Positions 1 to 12,486 of a DNA stretch of 64,000 nt are shown here, one piece after another (position 1 is the stretch's first letter; every line of letters begins with the position of its first letter). Source of the DNA: Bugula neritina (lineage: Eukaryota; Animalia; Bryozoa); contig OZ037770.1 in the NCBI GenBank assembly GCA_964035545.1, positions 11,118,463 to 11,182,462 on the forward strand, written 5' to 3'. Made by a program: the position numbers and the translations under genes. The notes under the pieces are model-generated. The model had not been told where the DNA came from. It saw nothing but the letters and a program-made list of their open reading frames with translations, and searched no databases.

Positions 1-81
1 ATATCGAATAGTCACATTGCATAATAATCGACTGTTAAACACAAACTAAACTAGTTTAAAAATGTCTTTTGAATTTTAAAG

Positions 82-3000
82 CCGGAGATGGTCTCACCAA
101 TGAACAAAAACTTATCTTTGAAACTGCAAAGGATTTTGCTACAAACGAAATGGAGCCTAAAATGAAACTCTGGGATGAAGAAGTTAGTCATCGTTAAGTA
201 TTAATCTATTTTACGTTATAAACAGCTGCTATTGCATTTTAAGTCCAATCATATGCAACATGAAAGTTTAGTAAATGCTGCAGTTAGTGACCTCACCTAT
301 ATCAAATCTGCATATCTTTCCTTACTATATGTATTCATAGCCTAATATATGGCCACTGTGTATGTACTAAAAAAAATTTCTCAGTGTAATAACCCATAAA
401 TTTCACAAGAGATTTCATGGTTGTGCAGTTTTAAGATATTTTTTCTGTAGGAGATATTTCCAAGAGATGTGTTACAGAATGCAGCACAGCTGGGGTTTGG
501 TGCCATCTATTGTAAAGAGGATTATGGAGGGACGGGACTGGGGCGGTTGGATGCCTCCATTATATTTGAGGCTCTGTCTACAGGTTGTGTGAGCACAACT
601 GCATACATTAGTATTCACAAGTGAGTGTGGTGTGACTGTATTCTACTATTTTAGTGGCTGTACATTTGCTGGGAGCATATAACACATTTTGCTTCAAACT
701 ATACGTTGCAAGAAAAGCTAAAAACTTGAAGGCTAATCGTTTGTGAATTTTTTGTTTATATCTTGGTATTAATTCTATAGTCATTGTCAGGCAATAATCA
801 TATACAGCCAACTTATTTTTTTTAAGATTTACTCTGGTACAATTATGCAATTATGACTGGATGCTCGTTGTAACATCACCAATAGCCTTTACTGCGGATT
901 GCACTCATGACTTCGGGTTAACTAGGCCAGCACTCTTACCCCTAGACCATGAATGTTGTCTCCATTTTGTTTTTAAATAATGGTATACTATTAGCACTTC
1001 ACTTGGATTTTTATTTTGAGCAAAAATATGTTAGATCTAAGGCTATCTGATCTCAGCCAATAGCAACTGTTAATGTTTTATTAAGCCCACAACAACAGCT
1101 TTGAATATAAGTATATTCCAAGCTGGTTTTTGGCAGCATGTGTGCATGGATGATTGATACCTTCGGAACAAAAGAGCTGAGAGAGAGACATTTACCAAGT
1201 CTGGCCAGTATGGAGAGATTTGCTTCATACTGTCTGACAGAGCCAGGTTCTGGTAGTGATGCTGCTTCTATATCCACTAGTGCTGTCAGAAAGGATGACA
1301 AATATATATTGAATGGCTCAAAGGTAAATTATGTTACTATGGCAACCAATGTTTACCTGGCTGTCTTTAATTACTTCTAAATTCAATCTGTATTCAGTTC
1401 AGTCTATCATATAAAACATGATTGTATGCAGTATATATACTTTTAAATTGACCCATGTGTTTTAAAATTCTATTTAATCTGTATATATAGCTTCTAAATT
1501 TATTTTCTGTTTCCCTCCAAAAGTATTTTTGAAATCGTCCAATTAGGGGTGTGGTGTATTATTGTATTTTTCTCGTTAGCACAGACTGTACCACGGCTGC
1601 TAGGATCAGACTGGTTAACTTTTTATGATGTAGCATGTGTTCTTATTTTAAAGGCATTCATAAGTGGGGGTGGAGAAAGTGACGTGTACCTTGTAATGTG
1701 TAGAACTGGAGATTCTGGTCCTAAGGGTATAAGCTGTGTGCTGGTAGAAAATGGATCACCAGGATTGTCATTTGGTGCCAAAGAAAAGAAGGTAATGGAC
1801 TTTGAGTTACTAGAAATTGACTTTCGTATTGTGTTTTACAACACTGTATTTGTTTTATGTTCGCAAACAGCATTTAATTGTGGAAAAAGAAACAAAATAT
1901 GTTTGTCTTACAGCTACAAAACCTCTTAGCAGTTGTAAACTGGTGCTAAGTTTGTGTAACTTTTTAAATTATTTTATATAACACTTTTAGAACTATTAAC
2001 TGTGAGTACTGTTATAAATAGCTGCTTAAATTTGCCTAAATTGTAATATGTCAGTAATTTGGCAATCCTGTAACTATATAAATTGGCCAGTACTACATAA
2101 AGAAAGACAAATTTTTCCTTTAATCTAACTTTACAAATATTTAATTTGAACAGATAGCTTTCCTCTCCCCAGACTTTATATGTTAGGAATTTTCAATAAA
2201 TAATTGAATATCTGTGTTTTCTCAGAGATATGCCACTCAAGCACAATTTCCTACATGTCAAGTATGTTGCGTTAGGCAGATTAGACTTTGTTTTACCAAA
2301 GATTCATGTAGCTTGATGATTATCAGGTTGGTTGGAACAGCCAGCCTACTCGGGCCGTAATATTTGAAGACTGTGAAGTACCAGTAAGTAACTTGATAGG
2401 GAAGGAAGGTCAAGGTTTCAACATAGCAATGGACGGCCTCAATGGTGGCAGAATTAATATCGGTTAGTAATGTTTTATTTATCATGTAAATTGTTTCTCT
2501 TTTTCACATCATTTGAAACTGTAGAAGAATTTTGTGAAATAATTGGTTAAATGTCAACCAACCAAATCCTGACTCAAAATCTCAGCAATTACTTGTGAAC
2601 AATACTGTAATGCAATAAGCTAAACATTTGCAACAAATCCAGATAGAATTGTGGTTATTATTTAGTTGCAAATAGTTACAAATTCTTGAACTATTGTAAT
2701 ATTATTATTGAGGATGCAGTAGATTATGATTTGCTATAAAATGAACGCGAGCAAGTAGTACTCAAAATGGTGAATAACTTTATTGAACTAAAGGCAACCT
2801 TGACCTATTAAAAGCGTAACAATGTATTGAGTCCATTATAATACAACAACTATTACCTAAAGTGAATAGTCAACAGCGCTGAACAATGGTAAATTTTGAT
2901 AATGCCATGAATATCAATATATTACATTTTCTCTGCCCAGAGCTGCTGTTATTTCAAGTCTACGTTATATATATCATTATAATTAATAATTTAGTCACTA

Positions 3001-5266
3001 ATATTCATTATGCAACTTCATCAATTACATATATTCTACAGTCATTGCACTTAATTTGTTTATCTTCTTAGCAGAGCAATCATATAATTGGCAAAAATTT
3101 TATATCGCTTACATTACTTTAAAGAAGTTTATTTCGCATGTGATTGCGTAGAATACTGAATGTTGATTTTGTGTTCAGTGAACAAATAAATTAGCAAAGG
3201 CCATAGAGAATCATAGAGCAGAGTAAGCAGAGTGATCTGTGTGAGTTGTTAAATAATTTAAACATGATTGAGTAGATAACTCCACAGAGTAATACTAAAA
3301 TATTACATATACTCGTTACTGTAGCCAGCTGTTCCCTCGGAGCTGCTCACAGGTCTATAGAATTAGCCCGAGATCACGTGTTGGTGAGAAAGCAATTTAA
3401 CCGAACTTTGGATAGTTTCCAGGTGACGTTTCTACTTTGACTTGTAATCTGCTTTGACTTGTGGCTAGTTTGGTATGATTTGTGAATATGCTATGAATTG
3501 TGGGTAGTTTGGTATGACTTGTGGGTAATCTTGGGTGATCTGCTATGCAAGGTGATGGGTATGTTCATAAAATATTTTGAAATGCTGTTGATTAGCAAAA
3601 CACATTTGTGGCCATCTGTTACTTCTCTTGCCATAAACTTTGGAGCATCATATGGCTAATTTAATGTTGTGTACAACTCAGCCAATAGATAGAGATTGTT
3701 TGAAAACGAAATTTTGTAAGCTAATCCTTACAATAAAGGGCTTTTTCTGTTGACTAATAATGTAGTTTTATATAAACATTATAGCTAAATTGACAATTTT
3801 ATTATTTTAATTTGTAGAATGTTCAGTTTAAATTAGCCGAAATGGCCACATCTCTGATAGCCTCCCGGCTGGTGGTGAGGCACGCAGCAGAAGCCCTCCA
3901 GAATGGAGCTGCTAACAAAGTGGCCCTATGCTCCTCGGCTAAGCTTTTTGCTACAGAAAGCTGCTCAAAAGTATGTTTGGAGTTGTGCTCTTTTCTGTGA
4001 TGCAATTATTCATATAACTGTGTATCTAATCAAAACATTTATTCATACCAATATAATACTACTCAAAAACTTACGCAAGTTTGTAGTCACTATAGAACCT
4101 CTGATGAAAAAGGTTTTTTTAAGGAGGGCTAAGGACTTATTCAGATGGGGCACAGGAGCAGTTATGACTGGATGCTCTTCCTAACATCACCAATGGCCTT
4201 TACTGGGGATAGAACCCATGACAAGCCAACATTCTAACCCCTAGACCACGACTGTTCCCTATTGTGTTACTCAAAAGTACAAATTGTATGAACTTGAAAC
4301 TGAAAATATACATTATTGATATTTATATCGTAAAACTTGAAATTGCAATTCTTTCTATCTCGTCACTGCAATTGGTGGTTTTTTAAATGCTGGTGGCCCA
4401 AAAGTGTTGTTATTCATTATTTAGATATGCAGTGACTCTCTCCAACTATTTGGTGGTTACGGATATCTAAAGGACTATCCAGTGCAGCAATTCTGGAGAG
4501 ATATCAGAGTGCATGAAATTCTAGAAGGTACGGTCAGTTCTGTTATAATATTTGTTAAACTATGTAGAGTGATACAGCTACAGAATAATCTGACCAATCA
4601 CATGAGGTGTAGTAGAACAGCTTCACCTTTTTCTGAATGCCAACTCTATACGTATGCTTTTAATAAAATTGGCCTTTTCATTAACGGTTCATCATGCTGC
4701 TCTAAACTAGTTATTCGTCATTGGTTAGTTTTGTGTATATGCTATGCCTAAATAAACTGAGGGTTATGTTGTAAAATTAGACAAGCTTTATACTACACAA
4801 CATGGCACCCTGTATTGAAAAAAATTGAAAGTTCCTTTATCTTTAATGATATTCGAGTGCTTCGCTTGAAATTTTTTTGAAACTTTGAGATTTTAAACAC
4901 TTGATCTGATTCAGTGAAGACATGATAGTGGTGTCTGCAGTCATACACACATATAACATTAGAATTTGTGGCTATATTTGAACTTATCTTCATTTGTGTC
5001 AATTTTATGAAGCAATTACTTGACTCATTGAAAATTTTGAATTTCCAAAGTTTCATATGTTTTGAATGAATTTTGAAGCTGAAAGTTTTACATGGGCATA
5101 CATTTTTTTAAAACTTTTAATCCATTGTTTTACAGAATATGCTAATACTCTCAGTTGTATTCAATTTTCTCTGTATTTTCCTTATTCTAAGAAGTTGTTT
5201 TCTTTCTGTTCAGGGACTAATGAGATGATGAGATTACTCATATCTAGGAACTTACTCAGCTCCTGA
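82..5266 (+). CDS. ACAD8: Isobutyryl-CoA dehydrogenase (acyl-CoA dehydrogenase family member 8), 5'-partial, 9 exons in window
   Basis: Exons 82-182, 451-620, 1137-1323, 1654-1791, 2327-2462, 3325-3422, 3818-3970, 4425-4527, 5214-5266, all GT-AG and phase-compatible. Spliced protein has [112 protein letters not shown], matching ACAD8. First exon lies upstream of the window. Confidence 0.95.
849..963 (-). mobile_element. tRNA-derived SINE family 1, partial copy (ACAD8 intron)
   Basis: Matches head and body of the full copy at 52646-52867 (ttatgactggatgctc...catcaccaat...cccctagacca). Confidence 0.75.
4061..4260 (-). mobile_element. tRNA-derived SINE family 1 (ACAD8 intron)
   Basis: Near full-length match to 52646-52867 including caggagcagttatgactggatgctcttcctaacatcacc and ccctagaccacg head. 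Confidence 0.8.
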
Positions 5267-6873
5267 GATTATCTTACTTAAAGTCAAACTGTTACAGTCA
5301 GATGACTGAATTCTTACTGGCTGAATTGGCTGCAATATTTATCATATTATTCAGGAGTGTGCTTTTGCGTGTATGGTTTATTTTTCTAAGGTGTAGAAAT
5401 GTATCATGGTGTTACCACTTTACCCAGAATCTCTGCTCCATTACCTCCAATATTTCTACTTCTGTATGTCAATATTTCATTAGAAAAAATTTGCAAATGA
5501 TTTATAGGTCAATTTTTGGTTTATTTCGATTAGACGTCATATAATTTTTTGACTAGTATTCAAGTTGCTGTATAAAGTACTAGTTATTCATAATGATGGT
5601 TATATAGTTATATTTTTGTCTTTCTGGTTAGTTACAATATTTTTGTCTTTCTGGTTAGTTACAATAGCTGACTAATATTTATTAAATAAACAATTGAAGT
5701 TAACATATATCATCAAAACTTAGGTTAATATCATACCATGTCAAGTTGGCTGAATAATTATGTGAATAAAGTATACTCAAGCTTGACCTGTTTTTCTCTT
5801 GTTTTTAGTACTTGTTTATATAAATTGTCTTCACTTCTAAATGCCAAGACAAAGGGTCAATAACTCCAAATAAAGCTGTAAATACTGTGGTTTTTTTTAA
5901 TTAAAGCATGGCTGCATTTCGATGTCACTGGCTCAACATAAATTGCCTCAACATTCTATAAATTATTACATGAAATTACAGAGAAATTGCAAGATATTTT
6001 TGTTGAGCAATTATAAACACCATCCAAATGGTATGATATTTCTTTAACTATCTTGAAGCATACATTATATGTATTAAATTATTAAATATAATGCCCATTG
6101 AATAGACATCCACACAATATAGTGGTTGTTGCCATACTATACATTCCTTCTGTTCCGAATTCAGTGATAACACAATTATTAGCCACTCAGCATTAGTGCT
6201 GAGAGAGGAGGCCAATATGCTGCATACAATGGGTTGAAGGGCATTACATGGTTGTAGTAAAGTGGGTTATCACCGAACAACTAAGCTTGAATAGATAAAA
6301 CCGCTTCTCTTTCAATGGGTGGAAACACACAAACTACTGTTATCTACCAAATATTTGAACAAGTTAATAACTTGAATGGTGCTTGTCTGGGACGATTTAG
6401 TAAGTGGGAGTGCCAACTAATCTACAGATACACTCCTGGAGCTTTATTTACTTGGAACAGAAGCCATCACATTAAAATTTGCGGTAATTTTCCAAACAAT
6501 TTTTTTGAAATTTCTTACATTGGCTTGTTTTCAATTGTATGACTTGCAGTTGAAAATTTATATTTTCAACACTAAATAATACAATCGGTGCATTCAATAT
6601 TGAAAGAGCTTTATTGTACCTGTTCCTGAATTGTTAACATTTAGAAAGAAAAGATTTCTTCAAAAGATTGTCAAGAATTCATAATAAATTACCAAACCTA
6701 GAGGTAGAAAATTAAAGAAGTAAAACTTTTTATAGAACTACTATCCAGTAAAAGAGTGTCCTATACTAGAATAGGAATAGGCTAGAGGTGTGGCGATGTA
6801 GTGCTAGAGCTGGGACGGTGCAAGATGTTGATACTAGAGGTTGCAGTTGTCAGCATTAGACCAGTTAGAGAGT

Positions 6874-9800
6874 CTAGTATCCCCACTGAGCTATCTTGTT
6901 ATTAAATGGTCCTTTCTTCATGCCTGCTTCAGACTCCAAGAACTTCTTTATGCTGGGAATAGCTTCAATCCTGTAACACAAAACTGTCGTATCAACCACT
7001 GCAATGGTGACAACCCATCAGCTTAGCTTCTAAACCTTCAACCAGTTTTCTGTTTGGGATGGAAATTTTTATTCCATAAAATCAGCATTTATAACCCAAA
7101 ATGTACCAAATTTACCAAGAAAATTAAAGAGCTTGGGCTATTGAAATCATCTCATTACTGCACCTAAGTAAAATTTACAGTCCATGCTTGCATTAAGAAC
7201 TCTTAGAGTTGACACCTGCATGCATACATCTTGATTTAAACAGGGACCATTGGTTACGTGACTTACAACATCTACTCTGTGTCATCAAGTTATATTCTAC
7301 ACACTTTACCCAGCACAGCAAATACATGCCAAGTTTCTGTCCTATAGGAGTTCACTGATGAACTGCTCTGATTTATTTTTGGAGCATCAAAAATGTATTT
7401 GACAAATGTGGCATTTCCATGCATTGTGAAGCTGAGTGAAACCCATTATGATTGGCTTCACAATGGCTTTTAAAGAAGCCATGACACTTTAATTTATGCA
7501 GTATTTTGAATTATTCCCATAGATCTTGGCTATCAGCTAAATATAATATCAGGGTAGTATGCCAAAGCATATGTGACCCAGGCAGTCAGAAAAGCACTTT
7601 GTGACAAAATTCACATTTTCAGTTAATGCTTGATTCTTATTTGCCTATTTATACTGATTGGTTTGCAGTTTAAATTTTTGAAATCGGACTACTATTATAA
7701 TAGTGGTCCGATTTCAAAAATTTAAAGTGCAAATCAATCAGTATAAATAGGCAAATAAGAATCAAGCATTAACTGAAAATGTGAATTTTGTCACAAAGTG
7801 CTTTTCTGACTGCCTGGGTCACATATTGGTTGTATAATGAAAGGTTGTGCATACATGTTTTGAATTATATCACGATGATGGCTCAGTTACATTGTGTGAG
7901 GCTCAATAGAACTGAGCAAATAGAATAGAAAATAGGTTCCAATGAAAAGGGGGAGGGGCTTAGGAGCAACAAACTGCTGAGTCATGATTAGAGTCTTACC
8001 TGGCCATGTAGGCTTTCAGGTTATCATGTTTATCCACACAACCTGGTTCAAACTGATTCCAGATGTCAAGAAGATCGTAAACACAGAGGTCTGCATACAC
8101 CAGCTAAAGAACATAATGTTACATGTAAGTATGTTGTGTGGTTTCTCTAGAGGGGAAGACAATCCCACCCCTGTAGCAACACTAAACCAGATCAATAACA
8201 ACTAGCCATCACACATAACTAATAATAACCTAGATTTATTATTGAAAGAGTTGATTGCATTAGAAAGTCGGAAAAATTGAGCATTTCTGAGTGTGTTGTG
8301 TGCATAAAGCGTGCCTAGCCTACAAATAGTTTTCTACTTTCAGCTAGTAATAAAATAAAATACTTACATCTCAACATATTAATGGGAGTTAGCAGTAGAA
8401 CTATTATTTAATGGAAAATAGATACCTATGCTCTTATAGCTGTGTATTGGACAATGACAATAGAATTACATGTGCTAACTCTACTCATATCTCCCCGACA
8501 AACACCTGCTCTAGGGAGAGCCCTGTACAGCCCACTCACCTCTGAACCACCAAAGAAATCATGTTTCCCCAGAGATTGGGAGTACTTCTCCAACCTTCCA
8601 CCAAGAGACTCTAAAAATGGTCCCTTCATCTTCTCCTTTATAACACAATAACCAAATTACATGCTTTGTAACATTTTACATCTTAATATTGTAGATCTTA
8701 TACCATCTAGAATATTCTATACCAGAGAGATTGAGCTTTTTATTCAAACCAGCACAAAGTCCCATGGAAGCAATGTATTTCCAATATTGAAACACAAAAA
8801 TCCTTCACATTTATCTTTACATAACACTTTGAAATGACAAATTTTTTCATGCAAATTGCAAAAAACCGCAGGGCGGCAAAAGCTTATGAAAGAACTTGAT
8901 TTCTATAATAGGAGACCTATCTGTAGCTTAGCCTCATGTGGCTAATTGCTCACCGGAGAAAAATAGAGGATGACAACCTCATTTTTCGAGGAGATAGCAT
9001 TTAAATATGATCAATCATATAACAATTATCTAAGTTGCAACTTAATTCGTTCACATGTTTTGTATCTCATCTGAAAAAGCATCTACTTAATCAACTAATT
9101 ATGTAATAGTTTGGTGGAATCATAGATACTAGGTGAAAGACTGCAAAAGAAAATGCTACTTTAGTACCAGCAAATTTATGTTATAGAATGTCCCAATTAT
9201 TGGAGCTAAACTTCAACTTATAGTTGAAATGAAAATCTAAATTCTAAGCCATAGCATTGCCAATAGTTATCAGCAACATTAAACTACTTCACCATGTATT
9301 TAATTACTTCAGGCTGAAAAATCACCAGTGAAATACCAAACAGAAAAAAATGCAACTTACATGTTCTTTATTATAGCACATAGAAACAAAGGCTGATCGG
9401 TTAGAGGTTGTGACACTGTAGAGCATGTCATTACGAATCCGGGCCTCTTCGGTACTTCCACCTGCAAAACAATAAACAGGTAACTATATTTTATACAAAT
9501 GCGAGAAAGTCAGTGCTACTCTGTATCTCACTAAGCTACAGTGCTCACTCTGTATCTTACTAAGCTACGGTCCCGAAACTTTCGTGATGTATGGAATACC
9601 AGATTTAGGTCATGTATCAGCTAAATTCAGCTATTTTGTCCCTATACATGTATACATGAGCCACAAAATGGAGGCCCAAGCCCTTCTCATGACTTATGGA
9701 ATTCAGTGAGAATAGTGCCATAAGGTATAGAGGAGCACTGTAGAATTTCAATTTAATTTAAAAGGAAAAAAAATGTTAAAGTACTCACAAAGGTTGTGTT

Positions 9801-11232
9801 TTCTCCCAAGGTAAGCAAAGATGGCGCTAGTCTCTGTCATTTTCACATCTCCGTCAATTAAGTACGGCAGCTGTTAGAAAGACAAACAGAATGTTAATAA
9901 TTTCAGCAGCGCACTAAGCAAAAATATAAAATATACATTTGATCAGCATGGCCTCTTACATTAGGCCATTCCAGTCCTAGCGTGAATTTTTCCTTCAACC
10001 ACTCTTCACGACTATACTCGGGGGCATCACCTTGCACGTAATATTTCTCTTCATATTCCGCCTCCTTATAGTGAAGCAGCAACCTGATCGCATGAGCTAA
10101 CTGTAAAGCATAAAATATATTTTATCTTTCTATATTAGATATTTTTGTATATGTTATCTTCTAATGGAACGAACATGTTCAGTAAAATAAATTGCCAATT
10201 TCCTCATAAAGTTTGCATTTGATACTGATTTGATTACATCAAAGTTGGTAAACTAGTAGAGCTAGCATTTTCATTGAACTATTATTGGCCACTAACTCTA
10301 CTTCATACTAAAAGTCAATTAGTCAGTAGCAGAGACACTAAAATTAAGTCATAAAGTGAAACAGCTAAACCTAAAGTTACTTTCAGTTTTACTTTGACTC
10401 CAATGGCAATTGAAACTTTAACTTGTGAGACACTGGACTTGGTAATTGATGGCTTTCCTAAGAAAAAGTACAAAGCTTTGTCATTAACTTTTACTTTGTG
10501 TTACTGTTAGAAAATGTGTTTTGTGTTAATTATGATCATGTACATTATTACTATGACTATGACTATCAGCATGAGTAACTCAGTATCACCATGAATAAAA
10601 TAAACCTAATTTTAATAATAATAATTAATACTCATTACTACTAGTATGATATTGGTACTTATACTGATACTTACTATAACTATGACTAAGAGTAAGAGTA
10701 AGACTAAGAGTGTAAGACTAAGAGTATAGCAACAATTTCAAATAATTATATTTAACTTTATAATCAATATGATTTTCATTACGATTATCGTTATCATTAT
10801 CATTATGATTATCACTTCAACACCAGCACTAGCAGCAACACACTAACTTACTCCAACACTAACACAGTTTTACTTCAAGTTTATCATTATGATAATCATT
10901 ACATTTATAATTATTGATTATTCATAATAATCATCATGATCACTATCATTATCATGATTATCATTATGATTATGCTTACAAGTGATTCAGATCACACCAT
11001 AACCCGTTACCGATTATATTTACTAAAAGTAAAAGTGATTTACTTTTAGTTTTACTTTTACTTTTAGCGATTTAAGCCTACGGGAATCAGATTTACATTT
11101 AATTTTAGATTACAATATAAATATTTCAATATTAATTTGCTGTACCGTTTAATTAACTATAATAAACTAATAAAATTGATTGGTAAAATTTATTACCCCA
11201 CGAATTTTCCAGTATCCTAGAACGGGAGCCAT
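6874..11232 (-). CDS. Glutathione S-transferase Mu class, paralog 1 (7 exons, ~218 aa)
   Basis: Exons 11232-11197, 10100-9960, 9870-9789, 9461-9361, 8635-8540, 8103-8000, 6970-6874. [23 protein letters not shown]...[11 protein letters not shown] (Mu loop)...[10 protein letters not shown]...[13 protein letters not shown]...NLKAYMAR...[12 protein letters not shown]. Confidence 0.95.
7569..7826. repeat. 258-bp loop-less palindrome (foldback/MITE-like) in last intron of GST paralog 1
   Basis: atatgtgacccaggcagtc...gactgcctgggtcacatat; 129-bp arms meet at 7697/7698 with about 3 mismatched pairs. Confidence 0.9.
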
Positions 11233-12486
11233 ATTTATATAATTATTAATTTAATTTTATAATGTTGCAAGGTAAAATCAAAAATGAAGTCTGCAAAAAT
11301 CCTGCTAGCCAAGAATAGTTTCGCGGCTAAATACAGCGTGATATATATTATATTACGCCCTGGACTAAACACGCCTACAAGCGTGGAACAAGCATGGGTA
11401 AATCAAGAGGTGATAACTCCACATTATCGTATGTTGCGTTAACTCACATCAGACTTTATTAGTGTGGATTTTTCTGGCAACTTTAGCTGGACACCTGCGG
11501 CATGAAATGTTGCCCATTAGTATTCTAAAGTAACCCCGCAAGGGGCACTAAGACTCAAGCTAGCTAATGATTTCAAAAATTCAATGAAATAGCAGAAAAT
11601 GGCTCATGGTAACCTGCAAAGTATGTTGATACTGTATTTATGGGACACAAAATTGAATAGCTGAAGTTATTTCCTGTAGACTATATTATTTAATTACCAA
11701 TTCATGCATCATCCCTTAGCTGATGGGACTAAAGCTAAAGCATACTAAAAGTTTTGTCTTGACAACAGCACTCAAGGAGAGTAAGACACTAGCAAGTAGC
11801 ATCTCGAAGAAAATATATGCATATTTTATTATTTAAATGTGGCAGTATTGTTATATTTTATTGTCATCAATTGTAACTTAAAATATATAAATCGGAATAA
11901 AATAAAAATTACCAGATTGTAAAATGATAGAGATGATTACGATACCAGTTGGAAAGAAATTATTTCAAAAAGCTATAAATTTTAACAAATCTAGCACCAA
12001 TATTTGACTGAAAGCTAACATAACAGAAATGAGTAGAAAATGCATATGATTAGAAAATTAAAGATAAATTACAATAACTATTAGATAAATTATAGGAAAA
12101 AGCAAGCCTAAAAAGATAATAAAGTTAGCATAAATTAGATTACAAACTTGTAGGAAAATAAAATCAGTGCTAGCAGAGTTTTATACAATACCACTAAAAT
12201 GTTTCCAAACTAATTGTGTGCTGCATCATTGTATCTGGAAATTATCTACTCCTGACTCAGACACAGCATCCAGTTTGTGAACTGGGTTCAACAAATGACT
12301 AGCTTCAGGTAGATAAAGTATTTCGTTTGCATGTTGGTCCAGAATTTTGTCAGATATTTGGCAGCAGGATAGTTTTTCCGTCAGCCTCATAATGCATATA
12401 TAGAGAGTATAACTCCAACTTCATGCTAGCATGAGCCGCTTTTTGGAATATTGAACGGATGAGCATTTAATCAATAGAGAAGATAA

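Noticed and set aside
6180-6320. Minus-strand peptide EAVLSIQA*...MPFNPLYAAYW faintly like a GST last exon
   Set aside because: Early stop and weak similarity; the true last exon is at 6874-6970.
10540-11070. ATC/ATT/AAGAGT-rich tracts in GST paralog 1 intron 1 (similar tracts at 20160-20880 and 41930-42200)
   Set aside because: Degenerate simple repeats with no coding or structural signal.
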